This document shows positions 46,948 through 55,339 of a stretch of 64,000 bases of DNA, one piece after another. Source of the stretch: Candidatus Kaiserbacteria bacterium (lineage in GTDB: Bacteria; Patescibacteriota; Minisyncoccia; Phycocordibacterales; UBA2100); NCBI GenBank assembly GCA_021413775.1, contig JAIOPS010000021.1, positions 5,014-69,013 of the forward strand, in the 5' to 3' direction. The notes beneath the pieces are model-generated. The model was not told the origin of the DNA, did no database searches, and was given only the letters and a program-made list of their open reading frames with translations. The first letter of the stretch is position 1, and every line of letters begins with the position of its first letter. Made by a program: the position numbers and the translations under genes.

Positions 46948-49299
46948 TTAAATTATCTCGCACGTACCTCCCGCACACGCCAATTCCTTTTTCTGTTCGG
47001 TCTCGTCAGTTCTTTCGTAGATGACGAGCTTCGAGTAGTCTATCTTCGGGAATTTTGCTGCAAGCTCCTCATACTTCTTTTTATCAATCGCTTCGTATGG
47101 AGCGAGACGGTAGACGTGATTTTCGCGCGGCAAGAATGAGAGACCGCCGATGATGTCCCAATTGTCCGATATCCACGCGACACACTGCACCCACTCTTCT
47201 TCGCCCACCGAAATGGTCGCCGACGGATTGTGTTCGGTAAAGTTGAGCTTCACCATCTTCCAATACTCGAGCTGCTGAATCGCGGAAAGGTCGTTCTTGA
47301 AGACCGAGCCCGAAGGTGCTTTCACCGGGAACTCAAGCACGTATGTGGATGCCTCGCCTTCCACCTGTCCTACTTCCGGGTATGCCTGTACACCCTGGTC
47401 GCGCATCATTTTGAAGAGCGAATCGGTTGCCGAGATGCGGACGCGGCGGATGTAGTACTGCGAGTGGCGCGGGTGAATGCCGGACGAGCAGTTGAATGTC
47501 TGAGATACGGTGCCGGACGGCTTTACGCAGGTGATGGAGCTCGACATCGGAATACCGAAGCGCTTCGCGTACAGAGCATTTGTCTTTTTCGCTGTTTCGC
47601 GCATTTTCTTCATCATCTTCGCATCGCGCACAACAGGAGAATCCCACTGGCCGGTGATGGACACGCCGAGAAGGCGCTCGGCTTCACAGTTGTCGGTCCA
47701 TTCCTTGGAGATGTAATTGAACTTCACGAGAGTCGACTGGTAGGTGCCGAGGAGTGTCGCGAGCTTCGCCTTGCGGAGCAACGACTTCTCGGTGTCATCC
47801 GCGCGCGCAATGACTTCCGAGAGGTTGCAGAACTGCTTCGACTGGAGGATGATTTCGCCGCACGGATTCGTTCCGACCTGGCCGATGAAATTACCCTTCT
47901 TTCCGTACTTCTTCTGAAGAAGCTTCAAACGTCGCTCAGGCATTGTCTTTTCGAGGCTTCCGCGGTTGAAGATGCCGCGCTCTCCGGTGCCGGATTTCAT
48001 GAGCGCGACCCACTCGTCCATGAGCTCGGCGTTGGTGGGCTTGGTCTCATAGACGGCGGAGTTGTTGGCAACGGAGCGCCACGGGTCTGTGAGGTAGAAT
48101 TGCCCTTTCTTAGCGTCGCGGATTTCCACATCGTCGAGGTCAGAAAGAGAAATCATCGCCGTGCGGCGCACTCCTCCCGCGACGACGCATTCACCGATTT
48201 TGCAGATGATATCGTGTGCATCAATGTTGCGCAGGCGTCTGCCCTGTCGGCGGAGAATTCTTTCACGCGCGAATGTGAGGAGTGAACGGAGCGGTTCCGG
48301 GCCGGATGCTTTACCGCCCATCGTCTTGAGTCTCGCACCAGCGGGACGAATAGTTGAGAAATCGAAATCGACATCTTTGCCCGCATACCAGGTGTTGAGC
48401 CCGAGCGTGAGCGCATCACACCAGCCCTCCTTGGTGTCAGCGACGACATGCAACGGAATCTTTTCGCCTGTCTGCTTTTCGATTTGCGGAAGCTGCTGAA
48501 TGTTCTGGCTTTCAACCGCGTATCCGACACCGCATCCCTGCATCGAGAGGTACATGATTTCCGCAAAATCCTGCAATTTTACCGGAGCGGTAAACGAGCA
48601 GTTGTAGAAACATGTGTTGCACTTCTTGGCGGGCGCTCCGGCGAATTGCATCGCGCGCATCGACGGCATGACTTCCTGTTTCAAAATCGCTTCGCGGATT
48701 TCCGCGTACTCTTTTTTCGTGAGTTTGTCCCCGAGATTCTCTTTCATAAATCCGACATAACGGTCGACGGTCTCAATCCACGTCTCACGGCGCTGTTCGC
48801 TTTCTACCCAGCGCGCATAGGTGCGGAGATAAACGAACTCTCCGAGAGGATTGTTCTTGAAGTACTGTTTCGATTCTTCCGCGAGCTTCCGGACGTGCTC
48901 CGGTACAGAGCCCTGCTCCTCGCGGATCTTGTTGTGCTCCGCACGGTAGAGGATGTAGTTCTTGGATGCCGACACATAGTCGGAGAGCATGAGCTGGCGC
49001 TCCACCTCGTCCTGGCAGCCTTCGACGGTGGGGAGAAAGTTCTTGTACGTCTTGGCGATGCGCATCATTTCGCCGGCGACTTTGTGCGCCACGACCACCG
49101 CCTCATCTTCCGAGCCCTCATTCGAGGCGAGCATCGCTTTTTGAATAGCGCGCGTAATCTTATCGAACTCAAACGGTACGATGCGACCATCGCGCTTCTG
49201 TATATTCGGCAAGTACTTTTTGTACACGCGATTTGCTGACGCTTCCTGAGAGACTCCTATAATGCCCGCTTTTTTGCGAGAGGTGGTTGACTGTGCCAT
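46948..49299 (-). CDS. nrdJ: ribonucleotide reductase, class II monomeric (RTPR-like), with N-terminal ATP cone
   Basis: IQKRDGRIVPF ATP cone; TNPCGEI, FCNLSEV, TCVKPSGTVS, C-terminal ELACAGGTCE; no beta subunit adjacent. Confidence 0.8.
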   Translation of the reverse strand: MAQSTTSRKKAGIIGVSQEASANRVYKKYLPNIQKRDGRIVPFEFDKITRAIQKAMLASNEGSEDEAVVVAHKVAGEMMRIAKTYKNFLPTVEGCQDEVERQLMLSDYVSASKNYILYRAEHNKIREEQGSVPEHVRKLAEESKQYFKNNPLGEFVYLRTYARWVESEQRRETWIETVDRYVGFMKENLGDKLTKKEYAEIREAILKQEVMPSMRAMQFAGAPAKKCNTCFYNCSFTAPVKLQDFAEIMYLSMQGCGVGYAVESQNIQQLPQIEKQTGEKIPLHVVADTKEGWCDALTLGLNTWYAGKDVDFDFSTIRPAGARLKTMGGKASGPEPLRSLLTFARERILRRQGRRLRNIDAHDIICKIGECVVAGGVRRTAMISLSDLDDVEIRDAKKGQFYLTDPWRSVANNSAVYETKPTNAELMDEWVALMKSGTGERGIFNRGSLEKTMPERRLKLLQKKYGKKGNFIGQVGTNPCGEIILQSKQFCNLSEVIARADDTEKSLLRKAKLATLLGTYQSTLVKFNYISKEWTDNCEAERLLGVSITGQWDSPVVRDAKMMKKMRETAKKTNALYAKRFGIPMSSSITCVKPSGTVSQTFNCSSGIHPRHSQYYIRRVRISATDSLFKMMRDQGVQAYPEVGQVEGEASTYVLEFPVKAPSGSVFKNDLSAIQQLEYWKMVKLNFTEHNPSATISVGEEEWVQCVAWISDNWDIIGGLSFLPRENHVYRLAPYEAIDKKKYEELAAKFPKIDYSKLVIYERTDETEQKKELACAGGTCEII

Positions 49300-49389
49300 G
49301 CGCAAGAACTTTAACTTCTAATCACTAGCTCACTACTAATGGGATGTTTATTGTACTCCTCCGGGGACCTCGGATATCGGAGATAAAGA

Positions 49390-49398
49390 GGTGGATAA
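49390..49398 (-). promoter_or_regulatory. possible DnaA box upstream of RNR gene
   Basis: TTATCCACC, 8/9 match to TTATCCACA. Confidence 0.3.
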
Positions 49399-49409
49399 CT
49401 TGTCGCTCG

Positions 49410-49503
49410 GTGGCATGGCTATTTTGGAAAACGTGATTTTGCCGCTGCAAAATCACTCAATCCTCGGCCGTCGCCTGCGGGGTTTCCAAAATAGCCATGC
49501 CAC
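49410..49503 (-). repeat. IR-bounded three-way-junction element A
   Basis: Perfect 21-bp inverted repeat 49410-49430/49483-49503 enclosing two hairpins and CGAGGATT. Confidence 0.85.
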
Positions 49504-49551
49504 GCCTCACTCTTAGCAAAATGAAGAGTGCCAACGTCTCTAAGCGAGCGT

Positions 49552-49639
49552 GGCGGTGTGTTTTTGGACCTCTCGGAGCCGAAGAGGCGAGGATTAAGGA
49601 CTTTTCAACAGAAAAGTCCGGGTCCAAAAACATACCGCC
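49552..49639 (+). repeat. IR-bounded three-way-junction element B (opposite orientation to A)
   Basis: 19-bp inverted repeat 49552-49570/49621-49639 with one G-T, two hairpins and CGAGGATT. Confidence 0.85.
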
Positions 49640-49652
49640 CGCGAGCGCCCCT

Positions 49653-50183
49653 CTATAAGGCTACCTGGTCGCCGATGGAGACATTGTGAGCCTTTGCCCA
49701 GCCTGCAGGGAGCTCGAGCACGTATCGTGCCGCCAAATCCGGCATAAAGCTCGCCGGATATGACTCAGGTTTCGCATTTTGAGCCATATATACAACCTTT
49801 CCATCGGCCGTTATCCATAGAATGTCTATCGAAAAGAGCATGTCCTTCATCCAGAAGCTGAAAATACCGTCCGCCGGGAAGATGAAGAGCATGCCTTCGT
49901 TTTCCCCGAGCCCCGCCTGTCCGCTCAGGCCCTGTTCCCGCTTCGCGGGGGTGTCGGCAATCGCGACACGCACCGAAGTCCCCGCGATAGATATCGTTTT
50001 TGTCGGCGAGAGAGTTGATGAAACGACATTTCGCACATCCCGGTATAGAGAGGACGGCGTAACGGCATTCATCGCCGCCGCATAAATGCTGCCGCCGATG
50101 AGCGCGCACACTCCGGCAGCGCCGAGATAGATAAGAATTCTGCGTGTCTCGGAGTTTCTGAAGAGTGATTGAATCATAGTCAT
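49653..50183 (-). CDS. DUF192 family protein
   Basis: IADTPAKREQGLS, GMLFIF, FWMKDMLFSIDI, YVLELPAG. Confidence 0.9.
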   Translation of the reverse strand: MTMIQSLFRNSETRRILIYLGAAGVCALIGGSIYAAAMNAVTPSSLYRDVRNVVSSTLSPTKTISIAGTSVRVAIADTPAKREQGLSGQAGLGENEGMLFIFPADGIFSFWMKDMLFSIDILWITADGKVVYMAQNAKPESYPASFMPDLAARYVLELPAGWAKAHNVSIGDQVAL

Positions 50184-50206
50184 ACAAAATACCTTAAAAG
50201 ACGGAC

Positions 50207-50617
50207 TTAGAGAAGAAGAACGACTGACATGACTACCAGAGAAGCAAGCCAGTAACCGGCATTAATGCAGTAGAGCTTCAGGGGCTTGTGTTCCCAAAGA
50301 ACTGAACCGAGAAGAACCGGCGCGACGAACCCGAACCATAGAGCTGTCGCGAGTTCGAGAGACTCCCCCAGCGTAAGTATACCGAGCGCCGCGGTAATCA
50401 TATGGAGCACGTACGCGACAACGAGTGCAGCGGCGAATGCAGCAAGCGTAAAGAGCGGCATGTGCTTATTTCCGCGCTCCGCAATTTCAGGAGAGATGTT
50501 GGCAAGTCGCGTCCATGCCCGACCGAAGACTCTCGGGTGATACCAAAGGTAACCCACGATGACATGCGCAACGGCTGCAGCGACAACAGGGACGAATGGC
50601 ACGAACAAGGCGAACAT
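50207..50617 (-). CDS. DUF1761 family membrane protein
   Basis: GYLWYHPRVFGRAW, LWE, INAGY. Confidence 0.8.
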   Translation of the reverse strand: MFALFVPFVPVVAAAVAHVIVGYLWYHPRVFGRAWTRLANISPEIAERGNKHMPLFTLAAFAAALVVAYVLHMITAALGILTLGESLELATALWFGFVAPVLLGSVLWEHKPLKLYCINAGYWLASLVVMSVVLLL

Positions 50618-50640
50618 ATTCCGTGAAATTATATCACCAG

Positions 50641-51849
50641 CTACTTCCACAAATCCCATACCGCCGCCGCAACCGGCGAGGGCGAGCCCTCGAGCGGCAG
50701 ATAGTGCAAATCGATATACGGCAGACTGTTCGCTTCAATAATCCCCCACTTCTGAGCATCGGGGTCCACCTCAGGGTTACCGATGATGAGGTCGAATCCT
50801 ACGACAGGCGCTTTCACCGCTTGAGCAGCGCGTTCGAGATATTCACGGAGTTTCGGATGCTCCTGTCCGAGCAGTTCTCTCGTCTTTCCGCCGAAAAGTC
50901 TTCCTGTACGGTGTGTAAGCGGTACCACTGTGCCCTTCTCAACAACAGAATCCGCTGTATATCCCGAGCGTAAAAGAAATGTGCTGTGTTCGTCCGTAAG
51001 CACAATGTCCTGAAGCCGCTCATGCTTCGCAGCATTCTGCTTGTCGATAAGTTCACGGATAGTCGAGGCACCGTCACCCACAACTGTCGGGGGAAATGCC
51101 TGAAAGAAACCGGCGAGCGTGCCGTCAATGACGGTTCCCCGGCACACGCTTCCCACCAAATACTCTTCGAGTGCCACGTACCTGCACAGCTTCTTCGCGC
51201 AGAGAAATGCCTTCGCAACATCTGACTCGGTCCGTACGTTCACCGTCGTGTGTCGTCCGCGCGAACCCGCACGCGGCTTCACAACCACCGGTCCCTGAAA
51301 TCCCGGAAGCGCGGCAATCGCGTCTGCGAGTGACGTCACGGATACAATCCGCGGCGTTGCAATCCCCGCCTCGTGCAGCACGCGCTTCAGTTCAAATTTA
51401 TCGTCTATCCAATCGTATGCGGGATACTCGAGATGCGGCGGCACCGGTATGGATTGGAAATATGTCCACTCATCGTTACGTATGCGGGCGCGGTATATCT
51501 CCGTATGAGCACCGAAGAGTGTCATTTGCTCCATTGGAATGCCGCGCTGCGCAGCTTCCTCCCAGATAACCTGAGAGCGGTACGTCTTCGCATTCTTCGG
51601 CTCAGATGCGAAACGCGTAACGGGCAGCGCGGCAAAAACTTTGTAGACGAAGGGGTCGAGCCACGATTGGAGCCAATCGCCCCACCGGCTGAGCGTTGTA
51701 CGCAAACGTCCGCGCGTACCGCCCTCTTTCGAGGAGACGACCGAGAGCGTGTGCGCGATGTACGCTCCGAAATGATTGACCGGGCTGTTGCCGCACTCTG
51801 CGCACGTGCCGGCGTGCTCTCTATATTCATGCGGCGCTCCGTCTGTCAT
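50641..51849 (-). CDS. ATP-grasp ligase (cyanophycin-synthetase-like domain) with N-terminal CxxC
   Basis: CAECG; DDK, PVVVKPRAGSRGRH, VGDGASTIRELI, VVGFDLI, IEANSLP. Confidence 0.78.
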   Translation of the reverse strand: MTDGAPHEYREHAGTCAECGNSPVNHFGAYIAHTLSVVSSKEGGTRGRLRTTLSRWGDWLQSWLDPFVYKVFAALPVTRFASEPKNAKTYRSQVIWEEAAQRGIPMEQMTLFGAHTEIYRARIRNDEWTYFQSIPVPPHLEYPAYDWIDDKFELKRVLHEAGIATPRIVSVTSLADAIAALPGFQGPVVVKPRAGSRGRHTTVNVRTESDVAKAFLCAKKLCRYVALEEYLVGSVCRGTVIDGTLAGFFQAFPPTVVGDGASTIRELIDKQNAAKHERLQDIVLTDEHSTFLLRSGYTADSVVEKGTVVPLTHRTGRLFGGKTRELLGQEHPKLREYLERAAQAVKAPVVGFDLIIGNPEVDPDAQKWGIIEANSLPYIDLHYLPLEGSPSPVAAAVWDLWK

Positions 51850-51883
51850 ATGCGTATCTTATCCTACGCACGTGTACCTGCAG

Positions 51884-51903
51884 AAAAGCCCCCCGAAGGG
51901 GGC
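51884..51903 (-). terminator. intrinsic terminator
   Basis: GCCCCC-TTCG-GGGGGC-TTTT on the minus strand. Confidence 0.7.
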
Positions 51904-52027
51904 ATCTCTTAGTGACCGCCGAGTGACATAGGTATGCACGTTGGCTAATAACTTACTGTTCAGTATTACACACTCGTCTCTGCGCATTTCCGTTTGTGGG
52001 GATAATCCCGCTCTCGGCGCCGCAAGT

Positions 52028-52405
52028 TTACTTTTCGAGTGCGGGGTCAAACCACACTGTTTCTATATTGCTGCCGTCGGGGTCGAGTATAAACGCCGCG
52101 TAGTAACCGGGGCTGTAGTCTTTTCTGTACCCCGGTGCGCCGTTGTCCTTACCGCCCGCCTCTAAGCCGGCTTTGTAGAATGCATCCACCGCTTCTTTGC
52201 TATTCGCGCGGAAGGCCACGTGTGACGGCTGCGGCTTGTCTTTTTTCATCACCCAAAAATCCGTGTGCCCGCCTTCCATGAAGCCTGCGGCACCGTACTC
52301 TTCGTAATCCCGTTTGAGCTCGTAACCGAGCGGAGCAAGTGCCGTCAAATAAAAATCCTTCGCTCTTTTATAATCACTCACCGCAACGCCTGTGTGTTCA
52401 ATCAT
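52028..52405 (-). CDS. VOC/glyoxalase family protein
   Basis: IEHTG, FY...LAPLG, HVAFRA, DNGAPG.R, YYAAFILDPDG. Confidence 0.92.
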   Translation of the reverse strand: MIEHTGVAVSDYKRAKDFYLTALAPLGYELKRDYEEYGAAGFMEGGHTDFWVMKKDKPQPSHVAFRANSKEAVDAFYKAGLEAGGKDNGAPGYRKDYSPGYYAAFILDPDGSNIETVWFDPALEK

Positions 52406-52532
52406 CCGGTAACCGTAGCACCCTGCGGATGAAGACTCAATGGAGTCCGCACATGTCTGCTCGCTTTTGCATATCAACGTCGGAACCGGCACGATTTGAG
52501 ACTTTTTTGACGTGAATTACAGTTGTTGTAAT

Positions 52533-52578
52533 AACGATAAATACATATTGACAAACGATAAGTACTAAATTACGATGA
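52533..52578 (+). promoter_or_regulatory. sigma70 promoter with ACGAT direct repeats
   Basis: TTGACA 52548-52553, 17 bp, TACGAT 52571-52576; AACGATAA at 52533 and 52554. Confidence 0.7.
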
Positions 52579-52603
52579 AAATATAAAAATTTATATTTCG
52601 CAC

Positions 52604-53086
52604 ATGAAAAGAAGCTCGACGATTTTTCTTCAAGTGGTCATCGCGGCGCTCGGCATCGGCGCTCTCGCACTCCTTCTCCTTGAACCCCGCACTGAGGGTG
52701 TCAACGCACATGCCACCACACTTTATCAAATATATTTCGACGACCCGTTCCTCATGCTTGTATATGCGGGCTCCGTTCCGTTCTTTATCGCACTCTATCA
52801 GGCAATCAAAGTGCTCGGATATGCCGGGCAAAATCAGATATTTTCCTCTGCGGCCGTCAGAGCTCTGCGGACCATAAAGTACTGCGCTCTGTCCATCATC
52901 GCGTTCGTTGTGGTAGAGGAGGTTTTCATCATGTTGAACCACGGCGATGATGATGCGGCGGGCGGCATCATGATGGGCGTCTTTATCATCTTCGGCTCGA
53001 TTGTTGCCGCTACTGCAGCGGCGATGTTTGAGAGAATTCTGCAGAACGCCGTGGATATAAAATCCGAGAATGACTTAACCGTGTAA
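52604..53086 (+). CDS. DUF2975 family membrane protein
   Basis: ALRTIKYCA, C-terminal AVDIKSENDLTV. Confidence 0.9.
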   Translation: MKRSSTIFLQVVIAALGIGALALLLLEPRTEGVNAHATTLYQIYFDDPFLMLVYAGSVPFFIALYQAIKVLGYAGQNQIFSSAAVRALRTIKYCALSIIAFVVVEEVFIMLNHGDDDAAGGIMMGVFIIFGSIVAATAAAMFERILQNAVDIKSENDLTV

Positions 53087-53091
53087 CCGGT

Positions 53092-53295
53092 ATGGCAATC
53101 ATCATCAACATCGACGTCATGCTGGCGAAGCGGAAAATGAGCGTTACCGAACTTGCGGAGAGGGTCGGCATCACGATGGCCAACATCTCCGTTTTGAAAA
53201 ACGGCAAGGCAAGGGCGATTCGATTGTCGACCATGGAAGCAATCTGCAAAGCACTGGAGTGTCAGCCCGGAGATATTCTGGAGTACAAAAAGTAG
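53092..53295 (+). CDS. XRE-family regulator (YozG-like)
   Basis: LAKRKMSVTELAERVGITMANIS, CQPGDILEY. Confidence 0.92.
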   Translation: MAIIINIDVMLAKRKMSVTELAERVGITMANISVLKNGKARAIRLSTMEAICKALECQPGDILEYKK

Positions 53296-53298
53296 CTG

Positions 53299-53736
53299 TT
53301 ACTTTTGTCCGATGCTCTTTGCGTCAAATTCTACCGTCCATTCGATTCCGTATTTGTCTCTGAACATAGCAAAGTACGTACCCCACGGGCTTTCCGCCAT
53401 GGGCATTTCCACTGCCCCGCCGGCTGACAGTCCGTTAAATATATTGTCTGCCTCTTCTTTGCTGTCTGCCGTAACTGCAATCTTGGACCTGTTTTCGTTT
53501 TCGTTCACCCGGCCCATACTTTCCGGGATGTCATTGGCAATTAAGATGTTTTTGCCGATAGGCAAAACAATGCGCATTATTTTATGTGCGTCAGCATCAC
53601 CAATCGGAAACTCAGGGCTTGAGATGTCCTTGAAACGAACTATCTCTCCGAACTCCCCGCCAAATACTGATTTGTAAAACGTAAACGCCTCCTCGGCATT
53701 TCCGTTGAAGTTGATGTACGGGTTGATTGTCGCCAT
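53299..53736 (-). CDS. VOC family protein (PhnB-like)
   Basis: PYINFNGNAEEA..FY, PWGTYFAMFRDKYGIEW. Confidence 0.9.
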   Translation of the reverse strand: MATINPYINFNGNAEEAFTFYKSVFGGEFGEIVRFKDISSPEFPIGDADAHKIMRIVLPIGKNILIANDIPESMGRVNENENRSKIAVTADSKEEADNIFNGLSAGGAVEMPMAESPWGTYFAMFRDKYGIEWTVEFDAKSIGQK

Positions 53737-53903
53737 ATTTTTTATTATGTAATTTGTTAATTATTGTAATGCTACCCGATACGGGTATTTTAGCTCTTTT
53801 TGTCCGAGCCAACCGCGGTTAGCACCCTCTACAGTAAGCAACATCAAGCTTTTCCAGCAACTTGCCCGATGGAAAACTGAGGCCGCCGCGGCATAGGAAA
53901 ATC

Positions 53904-53936
53904 AAAAAAATAACCGCCGGACAAATGCCGGCGGCT
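53904..53936 (-). terminator. intrinsic terminator
   Basis: CCGCCGG/CCGGCGG stem followed by TATTTTTTT on the minus strand. Confidence 0.7.
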
Positions 53937-53958
53937 GACTGATCACGAAGCGAGACCT

Positions 53959-54168
53959 TTAAAGCTCCTTGTTGTCGCGCGACTTGATGAGCTCGGCAAC
54001 AGAACTAAACTTGGGCTCCGCATCTTTTTTCTTGCGCCGCACTTCCTGCTGACGGCGAATCTCTTCGTTAGCTGCCCGCGCAACGCTCACTTTTTGTTTT
54101 GGGGACGGGCCACCTTGCCCACTCCTCGCGTGTTTGCGGTTTCCCATGCCGCCGCGACCCTGTTGCAT
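53959..54168 (-). CDS. small basic hypothetical protein
   Basis: 69 aa Lys/Arg-rich ORF with AGGAG SD and its own terminator. Confidence 0.55.
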   Translation of the reverse strand: MQQGRGGMGNRKHARSGQGGPSPKQKVSVARAANEEIRRQQEVRRKKKDAEPKFSSVAELIKSRDNKEL

Positions 54169-54280
54169 AACGAATCTCCTGCTGAAAATTCGATGACCAT
54201 ATAGTACAATTTATATGAGAGCTTGTAAAGCTTCAGGTCAACTTGAATCGTCGATATCTCTCCGATACTTTTTGTTAAGG

Positions 54281-54457
54281 GCGGGGACGGAGAGATGCGG
54301 CCAAGAACACTTTTTTCGCCGTCGCTCAAAAAGTTTCTCGGCCCTGATTTTGCGGGTCCGCTTGGTAGCAGACACCTGCGCAAAATCTTTCGAATCTCTC
54401 ACGGGTCGTGCACCGCACGTCCCTCGCCTCCGCAGTATTTTCACTGCGCTCAAATCT
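54281..54457 (-). repeat. tRNA-Ser-associated structured element
   Basis: 14/16 direct repeat 54281-54296 vs 54458-54473; inverted copy 54389-54400 plus 54425-54435 split by a hairpin. Confidence 0.85.
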
Positions 54458-54458
54458 G

Positions 54459-54543
54459 CGGAGGCGGAGAGATTCGAACTCTCGGTGGTGTGACCCACAC
54501 ACGCTTTCCAAGCGTGCGCACTAGACCGCTATGCGACGCCTCC
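54459..54543 (-). tRNA. tRNA-Ser(GGA)
   Basis: GGAGGCG acceptor, CACGC-TTGGAAA-GCGTG, long variable arm, GTTCGAATC; CCA not encoded. Confidence 0.93.
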
Positions 54544-54601
54544 GTGTAGAGATTTATAGCATGCGGCTCCCGTACACGCACCTTTCCATTACAATGGTGA
54601 C

Positions 54602-55117
54602 ATGAACGTCACGGCGGTTTTTCTGAGCGTGTTTGTCACGTACGTCCTTTTCTGCAAGGCGTGGCCGTATTTTCTTTATCCGAATTATTTTCGACCCTCA
54701 CGGATTGAGGAGTACCCCGAACTGCAGCTGCTCGCCCGCCAGTTGGTCGGACCGAATCAATCCGCAACACTCCGTAATGTGTATGAATACATGCGGTCGA
54801 CGTACACCGGGTCAGGTAGCGTATTGAAAACCGGCAGCCTGCTGAGCGTTTTCAGGTTCGGCGATTTTTCCACGCGTGGCATTCTCGGAAAACGGCAGTT
54901 TCTCTGGTGCCATACGCAAAACAGGTTGTTCAAATCCATTCTGATGAATACCGGTATGTTTCCGGAAAAGGCATTGAGAATCCGCTACCGGTTATTTTCA
55001 TCGTTCTTTATTCATCAATGGGTCGAAGTCGAGTTTTCCGGCGAGAAATTCATCATCGACCCTCACTACCACGTATTCACAGCTCTCCCGAAGCGGACAA
55101 CATCAGGTGTACAATGA
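54602..55117 (+). CDS. membrane-anchored transglutaminase-like protein
   Basis: N-terminal TM; WCHTQN...HQW...IDP ordered Cys-His-Asp. Confidence 0.6.
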   Translation: MNVTAVFLSVFVTYVLFCKAWPYFLYPNYFRPSRIEEYPELQLLARQLVGPNQSATLRNVYEYMRSTYTGSGSVLKTGSLLSVFRFGDFSTRGILGKRQFLWCHTQNRLFKSILMNTGMFPEKALRIRYRLFSSFFIHQWVEVEFSGEKFIIDPHYHVFTALPKRTTSGVQ

Positions 55118-55123
55118 ATACAC

Positions 55124-55309
55124 ATGAACATGTTCAAGACGTTTTCGATGAAGTGGTGGCAGGTCGGCATTTTTAAGCTCTCTCTTCTCTCCGCGGGAGT
55201 CGCTATCGGCGCGTATTGGCCACAGGTATTCGCTCCGTACATCTCCGCTCTGGTTATTATCGCTGTCATCGCGGGACTCTACACGTGGTACACATGGTCG
55301 AAGGAGTAA
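55124..55309 (+). CDS. small two-TM protein
   Basis: 61 aa with two hydrophobic helices; TACAAT 8 nt upstream. Confidence 0.65.
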   Translation: MNMFKTFSMKWWQVGIFKLSLLSAGVAIGAYWPQVFAPYISALVIIAVIAGLYTWYTWSKE

Positions 55310-55339
55310 CGCTCCGACAATACTTGATATAGTCTGAAG

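Noticed and set aside
49300-49650. Cobalamin riboswitch, NrdR boxes or hammerhead ribozyme upstream of nrdJ
   Set aside because: No B12-box or ACTG core, no convincing NrdR palindrome and no CTGANGA/GAAA core were found by eye; an Rfam scan would settle it.
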